A stretch of 63,722 nt of DNA, the filler included, from Candidatus Rokuibacteriota bacterium (GTDB taxonomy: Bacteria; JAUVQV01; DATDCY01): the NCBI GenBank assembly GCA_031406795.1. It is 5 parts of 5 records of this genome, joined end to end, with 100 filler letters (N's around TTAATTAATTAA, not from the genome) between each part and the next. Parts side by side here need not be neighbours in the genome. Positions count along the whole stretch, not along the records: positions 27,594 to 43,381 come from JANOHV010000066.1; positions 43,482 to 58,257 come from JANOHV010000105.1; 3 more parts are not named here. One strand, given 5' to 3'. The notes under the pieces are model-generated. The model had not been told where the DNA came from, did no database searches, and saw nothing but the letters and a program-made list of their open reading frames with translations. Numbering within the stretch: position 1 is the first letter of the stretch; each line of letters starts with the position of its first letter. Below, piece after piece: positions 37,075-46,638 of this stretch. The position numbers and the translations under genes are program-made.

Positions 37075-37974
37075 ATGAGCTGCACCTTTGATCGGCGGAT
37101 GTTCCTGAAGAGGTTCGGGGCGCTTGGGGCCGGACTCGGCGCTTTCATTGCCGAGCCATCCCACGCGTGGAGTCGAATTACTGGCTTGGCGCAGAGTGCA
37201 CCGGACACCTGCGATACCGCGCGCATCTCAACATCGGCGGGAGGCAGTATCCGATCGTCGAATTTGATGAGGAACATGACATTCGACAGCTTCGTTCCTG
37301 GCGAGAGTAATCGACTCGCATTTGAGGCAGCAATGGCCGTTGCCGACCGCCCGGCGCCCCGCTGGAACCCGTTGGTCATCTATGGTGGAGTTGGGCTCGG
37401 CAAGACGCACCTGCTTCATGCCATTGGAAACCGCTTCCTCGAGCGCAATCCCGGTTCGGGAGTCATGTACTTCTCCTCTGAAACCTTTATTAACGATTTG
37501 ATCAACTCGATCCGCTATGATCGCATGGGCTCGTTCCGAAGCCGGTACCGGCAATTAGACCTGCTCCTCGTCGACGACATCCAGTTCATCGCGGGTAAAG
37601 AGAAGACCCAGGAGGAGTTCTTCCACACCTTCAACTCAGTCCACGAGTTGCACAAGCAACTCGTGCTCACCAGCAGCAAGATGCCGCGTAAGATCCCCGA
37701 TCTCGACGAATGCCTTCGCTCCCGGTTTCATGGCGGCCTCACCGTTTCAATCAACGCTCCTGAAAATGATCTACGGCTGGCCATCGTCCACCAAAAGGCA
37801 GAATATTGTGGCGCCAGATTTCCAGAGAATGTTAAGCGCTATATTGCGGCGCGGCCGAAAGCACAATGCATTAGGTCCTTGGAAGGGGATGTCATACGTC
37901 TAAACGCATATTCATGTCTGGACGAGAAGAAAATCGACCTGGCATATGCGCGAGAAATCCTCGAGAGAATGTAA
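37075..37974 (+). CDS. DnaA domain-III-only paralog with Tat-like leader
   Basis: TFDSFVPGESN, NPLVIYGGVGLGKTHLLHAIGN, LLVDDIQFIAGKEKTQEEFFHTFN, LRSRF, IRSLEG; no domain I or IV; leader DRRMFLK. Confidence 0.85.
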   Translation: MSCTFDRRMFLKRFGALGAGLGAFIAEPSHAWSRITGLAQSAPDTCDTARISTSAGGSIRSSNLMRNMTFDSFVPGESNRLAFEAAMAVADRPAPRWNPLVIYGGVGLGKTHLLHAIGNRFLERNPGSGVMYFSSETFINDLINSIRYDRMGSFRSRYRQLDLLLVDDIQFIAGKEKTQEEFFHTFNSVHELHKQLVLTSSKMPRKIPDLDECLRSRFHGGLTVSINAPENDLRLAIVHQKAEYCGARFPENVKRYIAARPKAQCIRSLEGDVIRLNAYSCLDEKKIDLAYAREILERM

Positions 37975-38081
37975 CACCCGGCGGGTCACGAACCCGAGGG
38001 GAGGAGCAAAGAAAATGCTTTATCAACTCGACCCACAGTTGACGCGAATCCCCAGCAGGACGGAACTCTATCTGGGTCAGC

Positions 38082-38468
38082 TCACCAGGCCGTGGCAACG
38101 GGGTAGCGAGAGATCTCCGGGTCGGGTGTCAGAATGGTGAGACCGTGGGCCGCCGCCTGGCAGACCAGCATGCGGTCGAACGGGTCCCGGTGGTAGTCCG
38201 GCAACTTCGAGAGCTGAAGCACCGCGGTCTCGTCGAGGGCGAGCGCCTCGATGCGGTGCCGCCGGCGCTGCTCCGGCACGAACTCATGCGGAGGCCGGGG
38301 AAGCGGCAGGCGCCCGAGCGCGTGCTTGACGATGATCTCCCAGGTGGAGACGGAACTCAGAAAGACCTCGTTCGACGCATCGGAGAACAGATCTCTCGCA
38401 ACCCCCGAGAGCGCCGCATCCCCGGAGGCGATCCAGAGGAAGGCGCAGGTGTCGAGCAGCAGCCTCAC
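38082..38468 (-). CDS. PIN-domain (VapC) toxin
   Basis: LLLDTCAFLW, STWEI, HRDPFDRMLVCQA. Confidence 0.9.
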   Translation of the reverse strand: MRLLLDTCAFLWIASGDAALSGVARDLFSDASNEVFLSSVSTWEIIVKHALGRLPLPRPPHEFVPEQRRRHRIEALALDETAVLQLSKLPDYHRDPFDRMLVCQAAAHGLTILTPDPEISRYPVATAW

Positions 38469-38710
38469 CCGCGCTCCCCGCGGAAACCGGCGAGCGTCTC
38501 TTCCGGCAACGGCTCGAAGAAACTCGCCGGAACCGTGAAGGTGCCCGCGGCAAGCCCGATCGGGCGCCGCTTGGCGTTATGCCGGGGAAGCAGCCGTATC
38601 TCGGCGATCGGCGCATTGCGTTTGCACAGGATGATGCGCTCGTCGCCCTTCAATCGCGCAAGGTACGCGGAGAGGTGCGTCTTTGCGTCGTGCATATTTA
38701 CCTTAATCAT
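38465..38710 (-). CDS. Phd/YefM-family antitoxin
   Basis: MIKVNMHDAKTHLS..RPIGLA..FFEPLP; TTGACA-17-CACTAT promoter just upstream. Confidence 0.85.
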   Translation of the reverse strand: MIKVNMHDAKTHLSAYLARLKGDERIILCKRNAPIAEIRLLPRHNAKRRPIGLAAGTFTVPASFFEPLPEETLAGFRGERG

Positions 38711-38813
38711 GGTTCGATAGTGAACTAACAACATGGTCGTGTCAACCACCAGTGACGGGTTTCTGCCTGACGGCCCGGCAGCGTGAGATGCTTGACCGGG
38801 TATAATCCCGGCG

Positions 38814-39527
38814 ATGCTCACCCTGCAGAAACCGACAATCAGCACTCCGCGCGACTGCGAGTACCTTCCCGGCCGCCTAGCGCGCACGGAATACTTTCTC
38901 GCGCAGGAAGTGCTCCCAGCGGAACTCGACATGCTGCTGGAGTCGGGATGGCGCAAGTTCGGGTATCTCTTCTTCAGGCCGGCGTGCGGCGACTGCAGGG
39001 CGTGCGTGCCGCTGCGCATACCAGTCGCGAATTTCTTGCCCTCCAAGAGCCAGCGCCGCACCATCCGCAAGGGCGCCGCCATGGCAGTGACCTTCAAACG
39101 ACTCGAATTGAACGCGGAGGTCTTCGCTGTCTTCAGCGACCACGCGAAATCACGATTCAACCAGACCCTCGCGGCGAACGAATTCGTCCAGAGTTTTTAC
39201 CTCACCGCCTGCCCGGGTCTCCAGTCGGAGTATCGGCTCGACGATGCGTTGGTGGCGGCCGGATTCCTCGACCGATCGGAACGCGGGCTGAGCAGCGTCT
39301 ATTTCGCCTTCCGAGCCACTGCAGCCAGCTACCGCCCAGGCGTGCTCAGTGTGCTTGCCGAGATCGAATACGCCGGCAGCTGGGGACTGGAATACTGCTA
39401 CCTGGGTTATTGGATAGCCGCGAACCCGCGCATGGCCTACAAGGCCGCGTTCCGCCCGCACCAGCTGTACGACTGGGAGAGCAGGGTCTGGCGCGATGCG
39501 GCTTCCTGCTGCGGCCCGCCGGCTTGA
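38814..39527 (+). CDS. Arginyl-tRNA-protein transferase family (Ate/Bpt)
   Basis: CEYLP, GWRKFG, RPACGDCRAC, SKSQRR, LSSVY, YLGYWI, MAYK. Confidence 0.85.
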   Translation: MLTLQKPTISTPRDCEYLPGRLARTEYFLAQEVLPAELDMLLESGWRKFGYLFFRPACGDCRACVPLRIPVANFLPSKSQRRTIRKGAAMAVTFKRLELNAEVFAVFSDHAKSRFNQTLAANEFVQSFYLTACPGLQSEYRLDDALVAAGFLDRSERGLSSVYFAFRATAASYRPGVLSVLAEIEYAGSWGLEYCYLGYWIAANPRMAYKAAFRPHQLYDWESRVWRDAASCCGPPA

Positions 39528-39617
39528 CGGCCCGCTTCGATCAGGGGCGCCCGCGGTGTGACGGATCCTGAGGATGGGGTTCTTCCGGCGCTACGGATGG
39601 TGGCGGCCCCAACCGAG

Positions 39618-39649
39618 TGACAGGAAATGTCACGATGCTGCGTTAGCCT
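39618..39649 (+). promoter_or_regulatory. Island promoter motif 8 (upstream of Mre11/Rad50-like genes)
   Basis: TGACAGGAAATGTCAC-N10-TAGCCT. Confidence 0.65.
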
Positions 39650-39779
39650 CTCCTCGATTAGCTCACGCCATCGGACCTGGACTCCCGCGACGACGCGGAG
39701 CTTTCCCACGACTTGCCGCGCAATTCGTTGTATCGTCTTGGTTGGCGACACTGCATGAGTCACCCGAAATGAGGGAACC

Positions 39780-40916
39780 ATGAACAAAGTCCGCTTCCTG
39801 CACACCTCCGACTGGCAGCTCGGCATGCGCCGTCACTTCCTGGGCGACGAGGCGCTCCCGCGGTACATGCAGGCGCGCGTCGACGCGGTCCGCGCACTGG
39901 CCCGCATCGCCGCCGAGGAGCGCTGCGAGCTGGTCGTCGTGGCCGGCGACGGGTTCGAGTCGAATCATGTCGACCGGCTGACGGTCGGCCGCGCTCTCGG
40001 TGCGCTCAAGGAGATCCCCTGTCCCGTCTACGTGCTCCCCGGGAACCACGACGCGTTCGACGCCGCCGGAGTCTACCGCTCCCCGGAGTTTCGCCACGGG
40101 AGGGCGGGGCACATCCACATCCTGGAGTCGAACACTCCCGTGCCAGTACGTCCCGGTCTCGAGATCGTCGGGGTGCCGTGGATGACCAAGCACCCGCGTC
40201 GCGACCTCGTGGCGGAGGCCCTGAAGAACTTGGAGCCCTTCCCGGGGGGCCACCGACTCTGCGTGGCGCACGGGATCATCGAGGGGCTCTCCCCCGACCA
40301 GACTGACCCCGCCGTCATCTCCCGGCGGCAGGCCGAGGCGGCGCTGGCCGACGGGAGGATCCACTTCCTCGCCCTCGGCGACCGCCACTCGACGACCGAA
40401 GTCGCGCCGCGCATCTGGTACTCGGGCACGCCGGAGACCACCGACTTCGGCGAACTCGATCCCGGGAACGTTCTCGTCGTCGAACTCGACGGCGACACGT
40501 GCCGAGTCGAGCGGCGCCGCACCGGCACCTGGCGCTTCCTGGACATCGCCCACGACGTGACGTCGGCCGAGGAGGTCCAGGCGCTGGCAGCGAAGCTGGA
40601 CGCTCTCCCCGACAAGGACCGCACCATCGTCAAGCTCAGCCTGCGCGGCACGCTGAATCTGCGCGCGAAGGGGATGCTCGACGATAGCCTCGAGCGATTC
40701 CGGCACCTCTTCGCCGCGGTCGAGCTCTGGGAGCGGCACACCGACATCCGCGTCCTTCCCGACGGCTTCGATTTTGGCGACCTCGGGCTCTCGGGGTTCG
40801 CGAAGCAGGCCCTGGACACCCTCTCCGTCGAAGCCGGCGGCTCCAGCCCCGACACCGGCACGGCACGCGACGCCCTCGCGCTCCTCTACCGGCTCTCCGG
40901 GGGAGGCCGCCAATGA
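39780..40916 (+). CDS. Mre11/SbcD-like metallophosphoesterase nuclease
   Basis: HTSDWQLG, AGDGFE, PGNHD, AHG, ALGDRH, YSGTPE. Confidence 0.9.
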   Translation: MNKVRFLHTSDWQLGMRRHFLGDEALPRYMQARVDAVRALARIAAEERCELVVVAGDGFESNHVDRLTVGRALGALKEIPCPVYVLPGNHDAFDAAGVYRSPEFRHGRAGHIHILESNTPVPVRPGLEIVGVPWMTKHPRRDLVAEALKNLEPFPGGHRLCVAHGIIEGLSPDQTDPAVISRRQAEAALADGRIHFLALGDRHSTTEVAPRIWYSGTPETTDFGELDPGNVLVVELDGDTCRVERRRTGTWRFLDIAHDVTSAEEVQALAAKLDALPDKDRTIVKLSLRGTLNLRAKGMLDDSLERFRHLFAAVELWERHTDIRVLPDGFDFGDLGLSGFAKQALDTLSVEAGGSSPDTGTARDALALLYRLSGGGRQ

Positions 40917-43381
40917 GAATCCTCCGGCTCCGGATCAAGGATTACCGCGGAGTCGCCGACCGCACGCTCGATTTCGATCCCGCCGGGGTCACCGTCGTTG
41001 AGGGGCCGAACGAGAGCGGGAAGTCCTCCCTCGCCGAGGCGATCGACCTGCTCTTCGAGCACCCCGACTCCAGCCGCAAGCAGGCGGTGCTGCAGACCAA
41101 GCCCGTCGACAGGGACGCGGGGCCTGAAATCGAGGCCGAGATCACCGCCGGCCCCTACCATTTCGTCTATCGGAAGCGCTTCATCCGCAAGCCGGAGACG
41201 ATCCTCGAGGTGAAGTCTCCACGAAAGGAGCACGCCACGGGCCGGGAAGCGCACGACCGCGTGCGCGCCATCCTCGCGGAGACGGTCGACGGCGACCTCT
41301 GGAAGGCGCTGCGCGTCAACCAGGGCGACCTCCTGGGCCGGGTTCCCGTCGGCAAGATCGCCTCCCTGGGTAACGCCCTGGACCGCGCCGCCGGCAAGGA
41401 GACTGCCGGGGAGCGGGAGCAGACGCTCTTCGAGGCGGTGGTGGCGGAGTACCGCAGGTATTTCACCGAGAGCGGGCTGGAAAACAAGGAGCTGCGGGCG
41501 TCCGCCGAGCGGATCGCTGAACTCGAAGACCTCGTCGCGAAGACCAGCGCCGATCTCAAGACCATGCAGCAGGACGTGGACAGGAGCGAAGCCATCGCCA
41601 TTGCGATTCCCGAGCTGAAGCGCGTGTCCGCCGAGGCGGGCGAGCTCGCCGTCCGACGCGAAGCGGAGCGCCTCGAGGTCGACAAGCGGGAGGCCGAGGT
41701 CCAGCGGCTGGAACTCGCGGAACAGAATGCCCGCATGGCCGAAACCGCCGCCGTCCAGCACGCGGCCGACCGTGAGTCGCTCGTCCGAAAGGTGGAGGAG
41801 GTACAGCAGCAGCGGCGCCGGCTCGAGGCGGAAGCCGCCACGGAGCAACCCGCGCTAGTTGATGCGAAAGCGCGATGCGAAGCTGCCACCGGGAGCCTGG
41901 CGACAGGCGAAGCGGCGGTCGGCGAGGCCGAGGCCGCGCTTGCGCTGCGCGAGCGGGACTTCGAGTACCAGCGTGCCAGGCTCGATCTCGAACAGCTCCG
42001 CGAACGGCGGGCACGGATCGAGGAGGCCCGGCAGCGCGCCGCGTCGGCCAGGGAGTTCCTCGATCGCACCCGGATCACGGACGAGATCGTGCGGCGCATC
42101 CGCGAGTGCCACCTCGACCTGGAGAAGGCCCAGGCGCTCCTGGATGCCGGCGGCCCCCGCCTGCGCGTGACGGCTCTCTCGCCCTTCGCGGCCGAGATCG
42201 ACGGGGTCCCCGAGAGCCTGGAGGAGCACCAGGTCCTCGAGCGCACCGTGCCCGGCCAGACGGTCCTGCGGATACCCGGCACGGCCGAGATCGTCGTGTC
42301 GGCGGGCACGAGCGTCGAGAACCTCCTCGCCGCGCGAGACAAGGCCGGCCGCGCGCAGGAGGAAGCGCTCGGCCGCGCCGGCGTGAGGGACATGGAGGCC
42401 GCCGAGCGCGAGAACGAGCGCCGCCGGGAGTCCGAGCGGGTGGCCGAGGCGAGCGAAGTCTCCGTCAGGGTGGACCTCCGCGACCTCACCCTGGACGCGA
42501 TGACGGAGAAGATCATCAGCCTCGCCTGGGCGGAAGACTACCCAGCCCAGCGCCCGGCATCCCCCCCACTCATGCCGGACCTCGACTCGGCGGAAGTTGC
42601 GCGCAGGGAGGCCAAGGAGACCCTCGGCCGAACCCAGGCGGACCGTGACTGCGCGCGGGAGGAAGTCCTGGCCGCCGAGAAGCGGGGCAACCACCTGGCG
42701 AGCCGCCTGCAGGAGAAGACGCTCGAACTTCGGCTCTCCGCGCTATCGGAGAAGCAGGCGACCGCCGAACTCGCTGCGACGCGGGAACAGAAGCCCGACG
42801 ATGATCTCGCGACGGCCTTGAACCTGGCCCGGGAGCGCGCACGGACCTCGGCAACCAGCCTCCAGGAGGCCAGGGCCGCGTTGAAGTCCGCGAACCCGGA
42901 GCTGGTGCGCCAGCTGGCGTCCAACGCGAAGAAGGCGGAGCAGGCGGCCGCGCAGCGCCTGCGCGCAGCCGAGGACGAGTTGCGCGACGTCGCCGCCCGC
43001 CTCGAGCTGCAAGGTGAACGCGGCCTTTTCGATGCCCTCGAGGACGCGCAGTCGCGCCTGGAGCACGCTCGACGGGACCACCGCAGCCTCACGGCGCGCG
43101 CGGCAGCGGCGCGTCTGCTCTTCGTGAGCTTTCGGGATGCGCGGGATGCATCCCGCCGCGCCTACCAGGCGCCGCTGCGAGACAAGATCGTCTCCCTGGG
43201 GCGTTTTGTCTTCGACGAAACGTTCGGGGTCGAACTCGACGAGGACCTCGCCATCGGCACACGGACCCTGCAGGGGGTGACCCTTCCCTTCGACAGCCTC
43301 AGCGTCGGTGCCCAAGAGCAGCTCTCCCTCATCGCCCGCCTCGCCTGCGCCCTCCTCGTCAGTCAGGACGACGGCGTCCCC
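40913..43381 (+). CDS. Rad50/SbcC-like coiled-coil ATPase (3'-truncated by contig end)
   Basis: GPNESGKSS Walker A, long coiled coil, LSVGAQEQL signature. Confidence 0.88.
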
Positions 43382-43481
43382 NNNNNNNNNNNNNNNNNNN
43401 NNNNNNNNNNNNNNNNNNNNNNNNNTTAATTAATTAANNNNNNNNNNNNNNNNNNNNNNNNNNNNNNNNNNNNNNNNNNNN
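43382..43481. other. Artificial contig linker
   Basis: N-run-TTAATTAATTAA-N-run. Confidence 0.98.
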
Positions 43482-43851
43482 AGTTGCCCGCTATCTGGCG
43501 CCGCCGGGGGTGACTGTCTCGTCGGCTGGATCGTCCCCGGCCTTTGTGCGGCCGCAGGCGATCCAGGTGCTCAAAGAAATAGGCATCGACATCTCAGGGC
43601 ATCGTTCGAAGTCGATCGAGGAGATCGATGCCGCCTCGGTGGACGCCGTCGTCACCCTGTGCGCCGAGGAGGTCTGCCCCGTCTTCCTCGGCAATGCGGT
43701 AAGACTGCTTTGGGGGTTGTCCGATCCGGCGAAGGCGCCGGGGGACGAGGATGCGCGTTTGAACGCCTTTCGAGGGACGCGTGACGAGCTCTTCCGTCGC
43801 ATGAAGCTGCTCTTCGATGGCTGGGCGCCCGAAGAGAAAGAGAGAGCCTGA
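43482..43851 (+). CDS. arsC: Arsenate reductase (LMW-PTP family), 5'-partial
   Basis: SAGS, EIGIDISGHRSKSI, VTLC..CP, WGLSDP. Confidence 0.85.
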
Positions 43852-43869
43852 GCCGAAAGGGAGGATGAC

Positions 43870-44103
43870 GTGAAGATCACGGTCTACGGTCCGGGGTGCA
43901 AGAAGTGCCACGAGGCGGAGGATCTGGTGAAGAAGGTGGTCGCCGAGAGCGGCTCCGACGCGGTCGTCGAGAAGGTCAGCGACCTGCAGGCGATGATGAA
44001 GATGGGCATCATCAGCACGCCGGGCGTCGCCGTGGATGGCGTGCTCAAGGTCGCCGGGCGCGTCCCGAAGCCGGAAGAGATCAAGGGCTGGCTCGGGAAG
44101 TAG
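43870..44103 (+). CDS. Small redox-active disulfide protein (thioredoxin-like)
   Basis: GPGCKKC, STPGVAVDG. Confidence 0.9.
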   Translation: MKITVYGPGCKKCHEAEDLVKKVVAESGSDAVVEKVSDLQAMMKMGIISTPGVAVDGVLKVAGRVPKPEEIKGWLGK

Positions 44104-44119
44104 GCGGTAAGGTGCTGTC

Positions 44120-44656
44120 ATGAAGAATGGAGCGAAGATCGCGATCGTCGCCCTCCTCGCGGTGGCGGTGGCTGCCACGTTTGCCCTGCGGGGAGGCAAG
44201 CGGGCCGAGTATGTAGCGCCGCCTGAACCACCCGCAGCGGTAGCACCAGCGGCCCAAGTAGCCTCGGACTCTGTAAGACAGACGGCTGCTCCAGCGGTCC
44301 CGGGCGCGGCAAAGCCGGCGCCCACACCGGCGGCGGGACTGGAAGCCGCGGCGAGGCCCGCAGCCTATCCCGCGTCCGCAAAGCCCCGTCTCCTCGAACT
44401 CGGTTCGATGCGCTGCCAGGCCTGCCTGGAGATGGCGAAGGTGCTCGATGCCCTGCGCGCCAGCCAGGGAGAAAGACTACAGGTCGATTTTATTGATGTC
44501 TTCGAGCAACCCGAGGCCGCCGACCGCTACAAGGTCTCTCTGATCCCGACACAGATCCTTTTCGACGCCGCCGGGAAGGAGATCTTCCGGCACACCGGGT
44601 ACTTCGCCCACAACGACATCCTCGCCAAGTTTCGCGATCTGGGTGTGAGAATCTAG
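44120..44656 (+). CDS. Membrane-anchored thioredoxin-family protein
   Basis: N-terminal TM, CQAC, IPTQILFD. Confidence 0.85.
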   Translation: MKNGAKIAIVALLAVAVAATFALRGGKRAEYVAPPEPPAAVAPAAQVASDSVRQTAAPAVPGAAKPAPTPAAGLEAAARPAAYPASAKPRLLELGSMRCQACLEMAKVLDALRASQGERLQVDFIDVFEQPEAADRYKVSLIPTQILFDAAGKEIFRHTGYFAHNDILAKFRDLGVRI

Positions 44657-44664
44657 GGCTGCTG

Positions 44665-45363
44665 ATGGAAACCCTATTCGCAGCACTCAATAGAGCCGTC
44701 GAGGGCGCGCCGTTCATCGCGCTCAGCGCCGCCTTTGCCTGGGGTCTCATTAGCGTGCTGCTCTCCCCTTGCCACCTCGCGAGCATCCCGCTCATCGTCG
44801 GCATCATCGGCGAGCAGAAAGGAATGACAGTCGGTCGCGCCTTCCGCACCGCGCTGCTGTTCTCCCTCGGGGTGCTGGCCTCGATTGCGCTGATCGGCGC
44901 GATCACGGCGGCGCTCGGGCAGATGCTCGGCAATGTGGGCGGCTGGGTCAACTATCTCGTGGCGGCGGTTTTCTTCATGATGGGGTTGCACCTGCTCGAT
45001 GTGATTCCGCTGCCGATGGGCGGCCCCGCCGGGATGCCGACGGCCCGCCGCGGCTATCTCGCCGCACTCATTATCGGATTCGTCTACGGAGTCGCTCTCG
45101 GCCCCTGCACCTTCGCCTACATGGCACCGGTGCTCGCCGTGGCATTTAAGGCTGGAGCGAGTGCGCCATTTTTCGCAGCTGGGCTTTTCACGGCGTTCGG
45201 ACTCGGACACTGTACGGTGATCACCGCGGCCGGAACCTCGGTCCGGCGGGTGCAGGAGTACCTGCGGTGGAGCGAAGACTCACGGGCGATGCTGATTGGG
45301 CGACGCGTCTGTGGCGTGCTCGTGCTCGCCGGCGGGCTCTATTTCCTGTACACGGCCCGGTGA
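44665..45363 (+). CDS. CcdA/DsbD-family membrane protein
   Basis: LLSPCHL and LGPCT motifs, multi-TM. Confidence 0.85.
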   Translation: METLFAALNRAVEGAPFIALSAAFAWGLISVLLSPCHLASIPLIVGIIGEQKGMTVGRAFRTALLFSLGVLASIALIGAITAALGQMLGNVGGWVNYLVAAVFFMMGLHLLDVIPLPMGGPAGMPTARRGYLAALIIGFVYGVALGPCTFAYMAPVLAVAFKAGASAPFFAAGLFTAFGLGHCTVITAAGTSVRRVQEYLRWSEDSRAMLIGRRVCGVLVLAGGLYFLYTAR

Positions 45364-45395
45364 TAATGGAACAAACTGCTATGAGGACGCGCTGG

Positions 45396-45492
45396 GCGGA
45401 GGGGTGGCGCGAAGGGGAGGTCTCCAGCGGCGGAACGAAGTGAGGCCGATGGAGGTCCGCAGCGACAGGACCCCGCAGCCCGCACGGGAACG
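45396..45492. repeat. Repeat family B, copy 2
   Basis: Highly similar to 14008-14101 and 51116-51212. Confidence 0.9.
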
Positions 45493-45524
45493 AAAGCGTT
45501 CATTCAAGGAGGCATGATCTATCC

Positions 45525-46580
45525 ATGACCCCCCACGTCTCGAAGAAACTCTCGTTCCTCGACCGTTACCTGACGCTCTGGATCTTCGTCGCCATGGCGG
45601 CCGGTATCTGCGCCGGCTGGCTGATCCCCGGAACGAAGGCTTTCGTCAATTATTTCACCGTCGGGACGACCAACGTTCCCATTGCGATCGGCCTGATCCT
45701 GATGATGTATCCCCCGTTCGCCAAGGTGAAGTACGAGGAGCTGGGGGACGTCTTTCGCAACAAGAAGATCCTCGCGCTCTCACTGGTGCAGAACTGGGTC
45801 ATCGGCCCGGTGCTGATGTTCGTCATCGCCGTGGTCTTCTTGCACGGTTACCCGGAGTACATGGCGGGACTGATCATGATCGGGCTGGCGCGCTGCATTG
45901 CGATGGTCATCGTCTGGAACGAGTTGGCCAAGGGCGACAGCGAGTACGCCGCCGGATTGGTCGCCTTCAACAGCATCTTCCAGGTGCTGTTCTACAGCGT
46001 GTTCGCCTGGTTCTTCCTGACTGTCCTGCCGCCCCTATTCGGGCTGCAGGCCACGGTGGTCGATATCACCATCGGTCAGATCGCAGAGAGCGTTTTCATT
46101 TATCTCGGCATCCCCTTCATCGCCGGGGCGCTGACCCGCTTCGTGGGGATCAGGCTGATGGGCCGCGACCGCTATCAGTCCGTGGTGGTGCCCCGGATCA
46201 GCCCCCTGACGCTGATCGCGCTGCTGTTCACCATCGTCGTCATGTTCAGCCTCAAGGGCGATCTCATCGTTTCGATACCGATGGACGTGGTGCGCATCGC
46301 CATCCCGCTGCTGGTCTACTTCGTGGTGATGTTCCTGGTATCCTTCTGGATGGGCCGGAAAATTGGCGCTGACTATTCAAAGACCACCACGCTGGCCTTC
46401 ACCGCCGCGAGTAACAACTTCGAACTGGCAATCGCCGTGGCGGTGGCGGTCTTCGGCATCAACTCCGGGGCCGCATTCGCCGCAGTCATCGGACCGCTCG
46501 TCGAGGTGCCGGTGATGATCGGGTTGGTCAACGTGGCCTTTTGGTTCCAGCGGCGGTGGTTCGTGCCGGCGCGCGGTTGA
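45525..46580 (+). CDS. acr3: ACR3 arsenite efflux transporter
   Basis: [40 protein letters not shown]. Confidence 0.95.
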   Translation: MTPHVSKKLSFLDRYLTLWIFVAMAAGICAGWLIPGTKAFVNYFTVGTTNVPIAIGLILMMYPPFAKVKYEELGDVFRNKKILALSLVQNWVIGPVLMFVIAVVFLHGYPEYMAGLIMIGLARCIAMVIVWNELAKGDSEYAAGLVAFNSIFQVLFYSVFAWFFLTVLPPLFGLQATVVDITIGQIAESVFIYLGIPFIAGALTRFVGIRLMGRDRYQSVVVPRISPLTLIALLFTIVVMFSLKGDLIVSIPMDVVRIAIPLLVYFVVMFLVSFWMGRKIGADYSKTTTLAFTAASNNFELAIAVAVAVFGINSGAAFAAVIGPLVEVPVMIGLVNVAFWFQRRWFVPARG

Positions 46581-46638
46581 GCTGAGTGCCTTTCGGTGCT
46601 GACACAGGAGAATTCGAGTGAGACACAGGAGGCCATGA

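Noticed and set aside
37075..37974. Chromosomal dnaA/oriC
   Set aside because: Domains I and IV are missing; no dnaN or DnaA-box cluster seen
31627..39649. Island motif as PhoB box or sigma54 site
   Set aside because: Repeat spacing is 10 bp rather than the 11 bp of pho boxes and there is no TTGC -12 element; the fixed N10 to a -10 hexamer fits a PafBC-like promoter better, though another direct-repeat-binding regulator is not excluded
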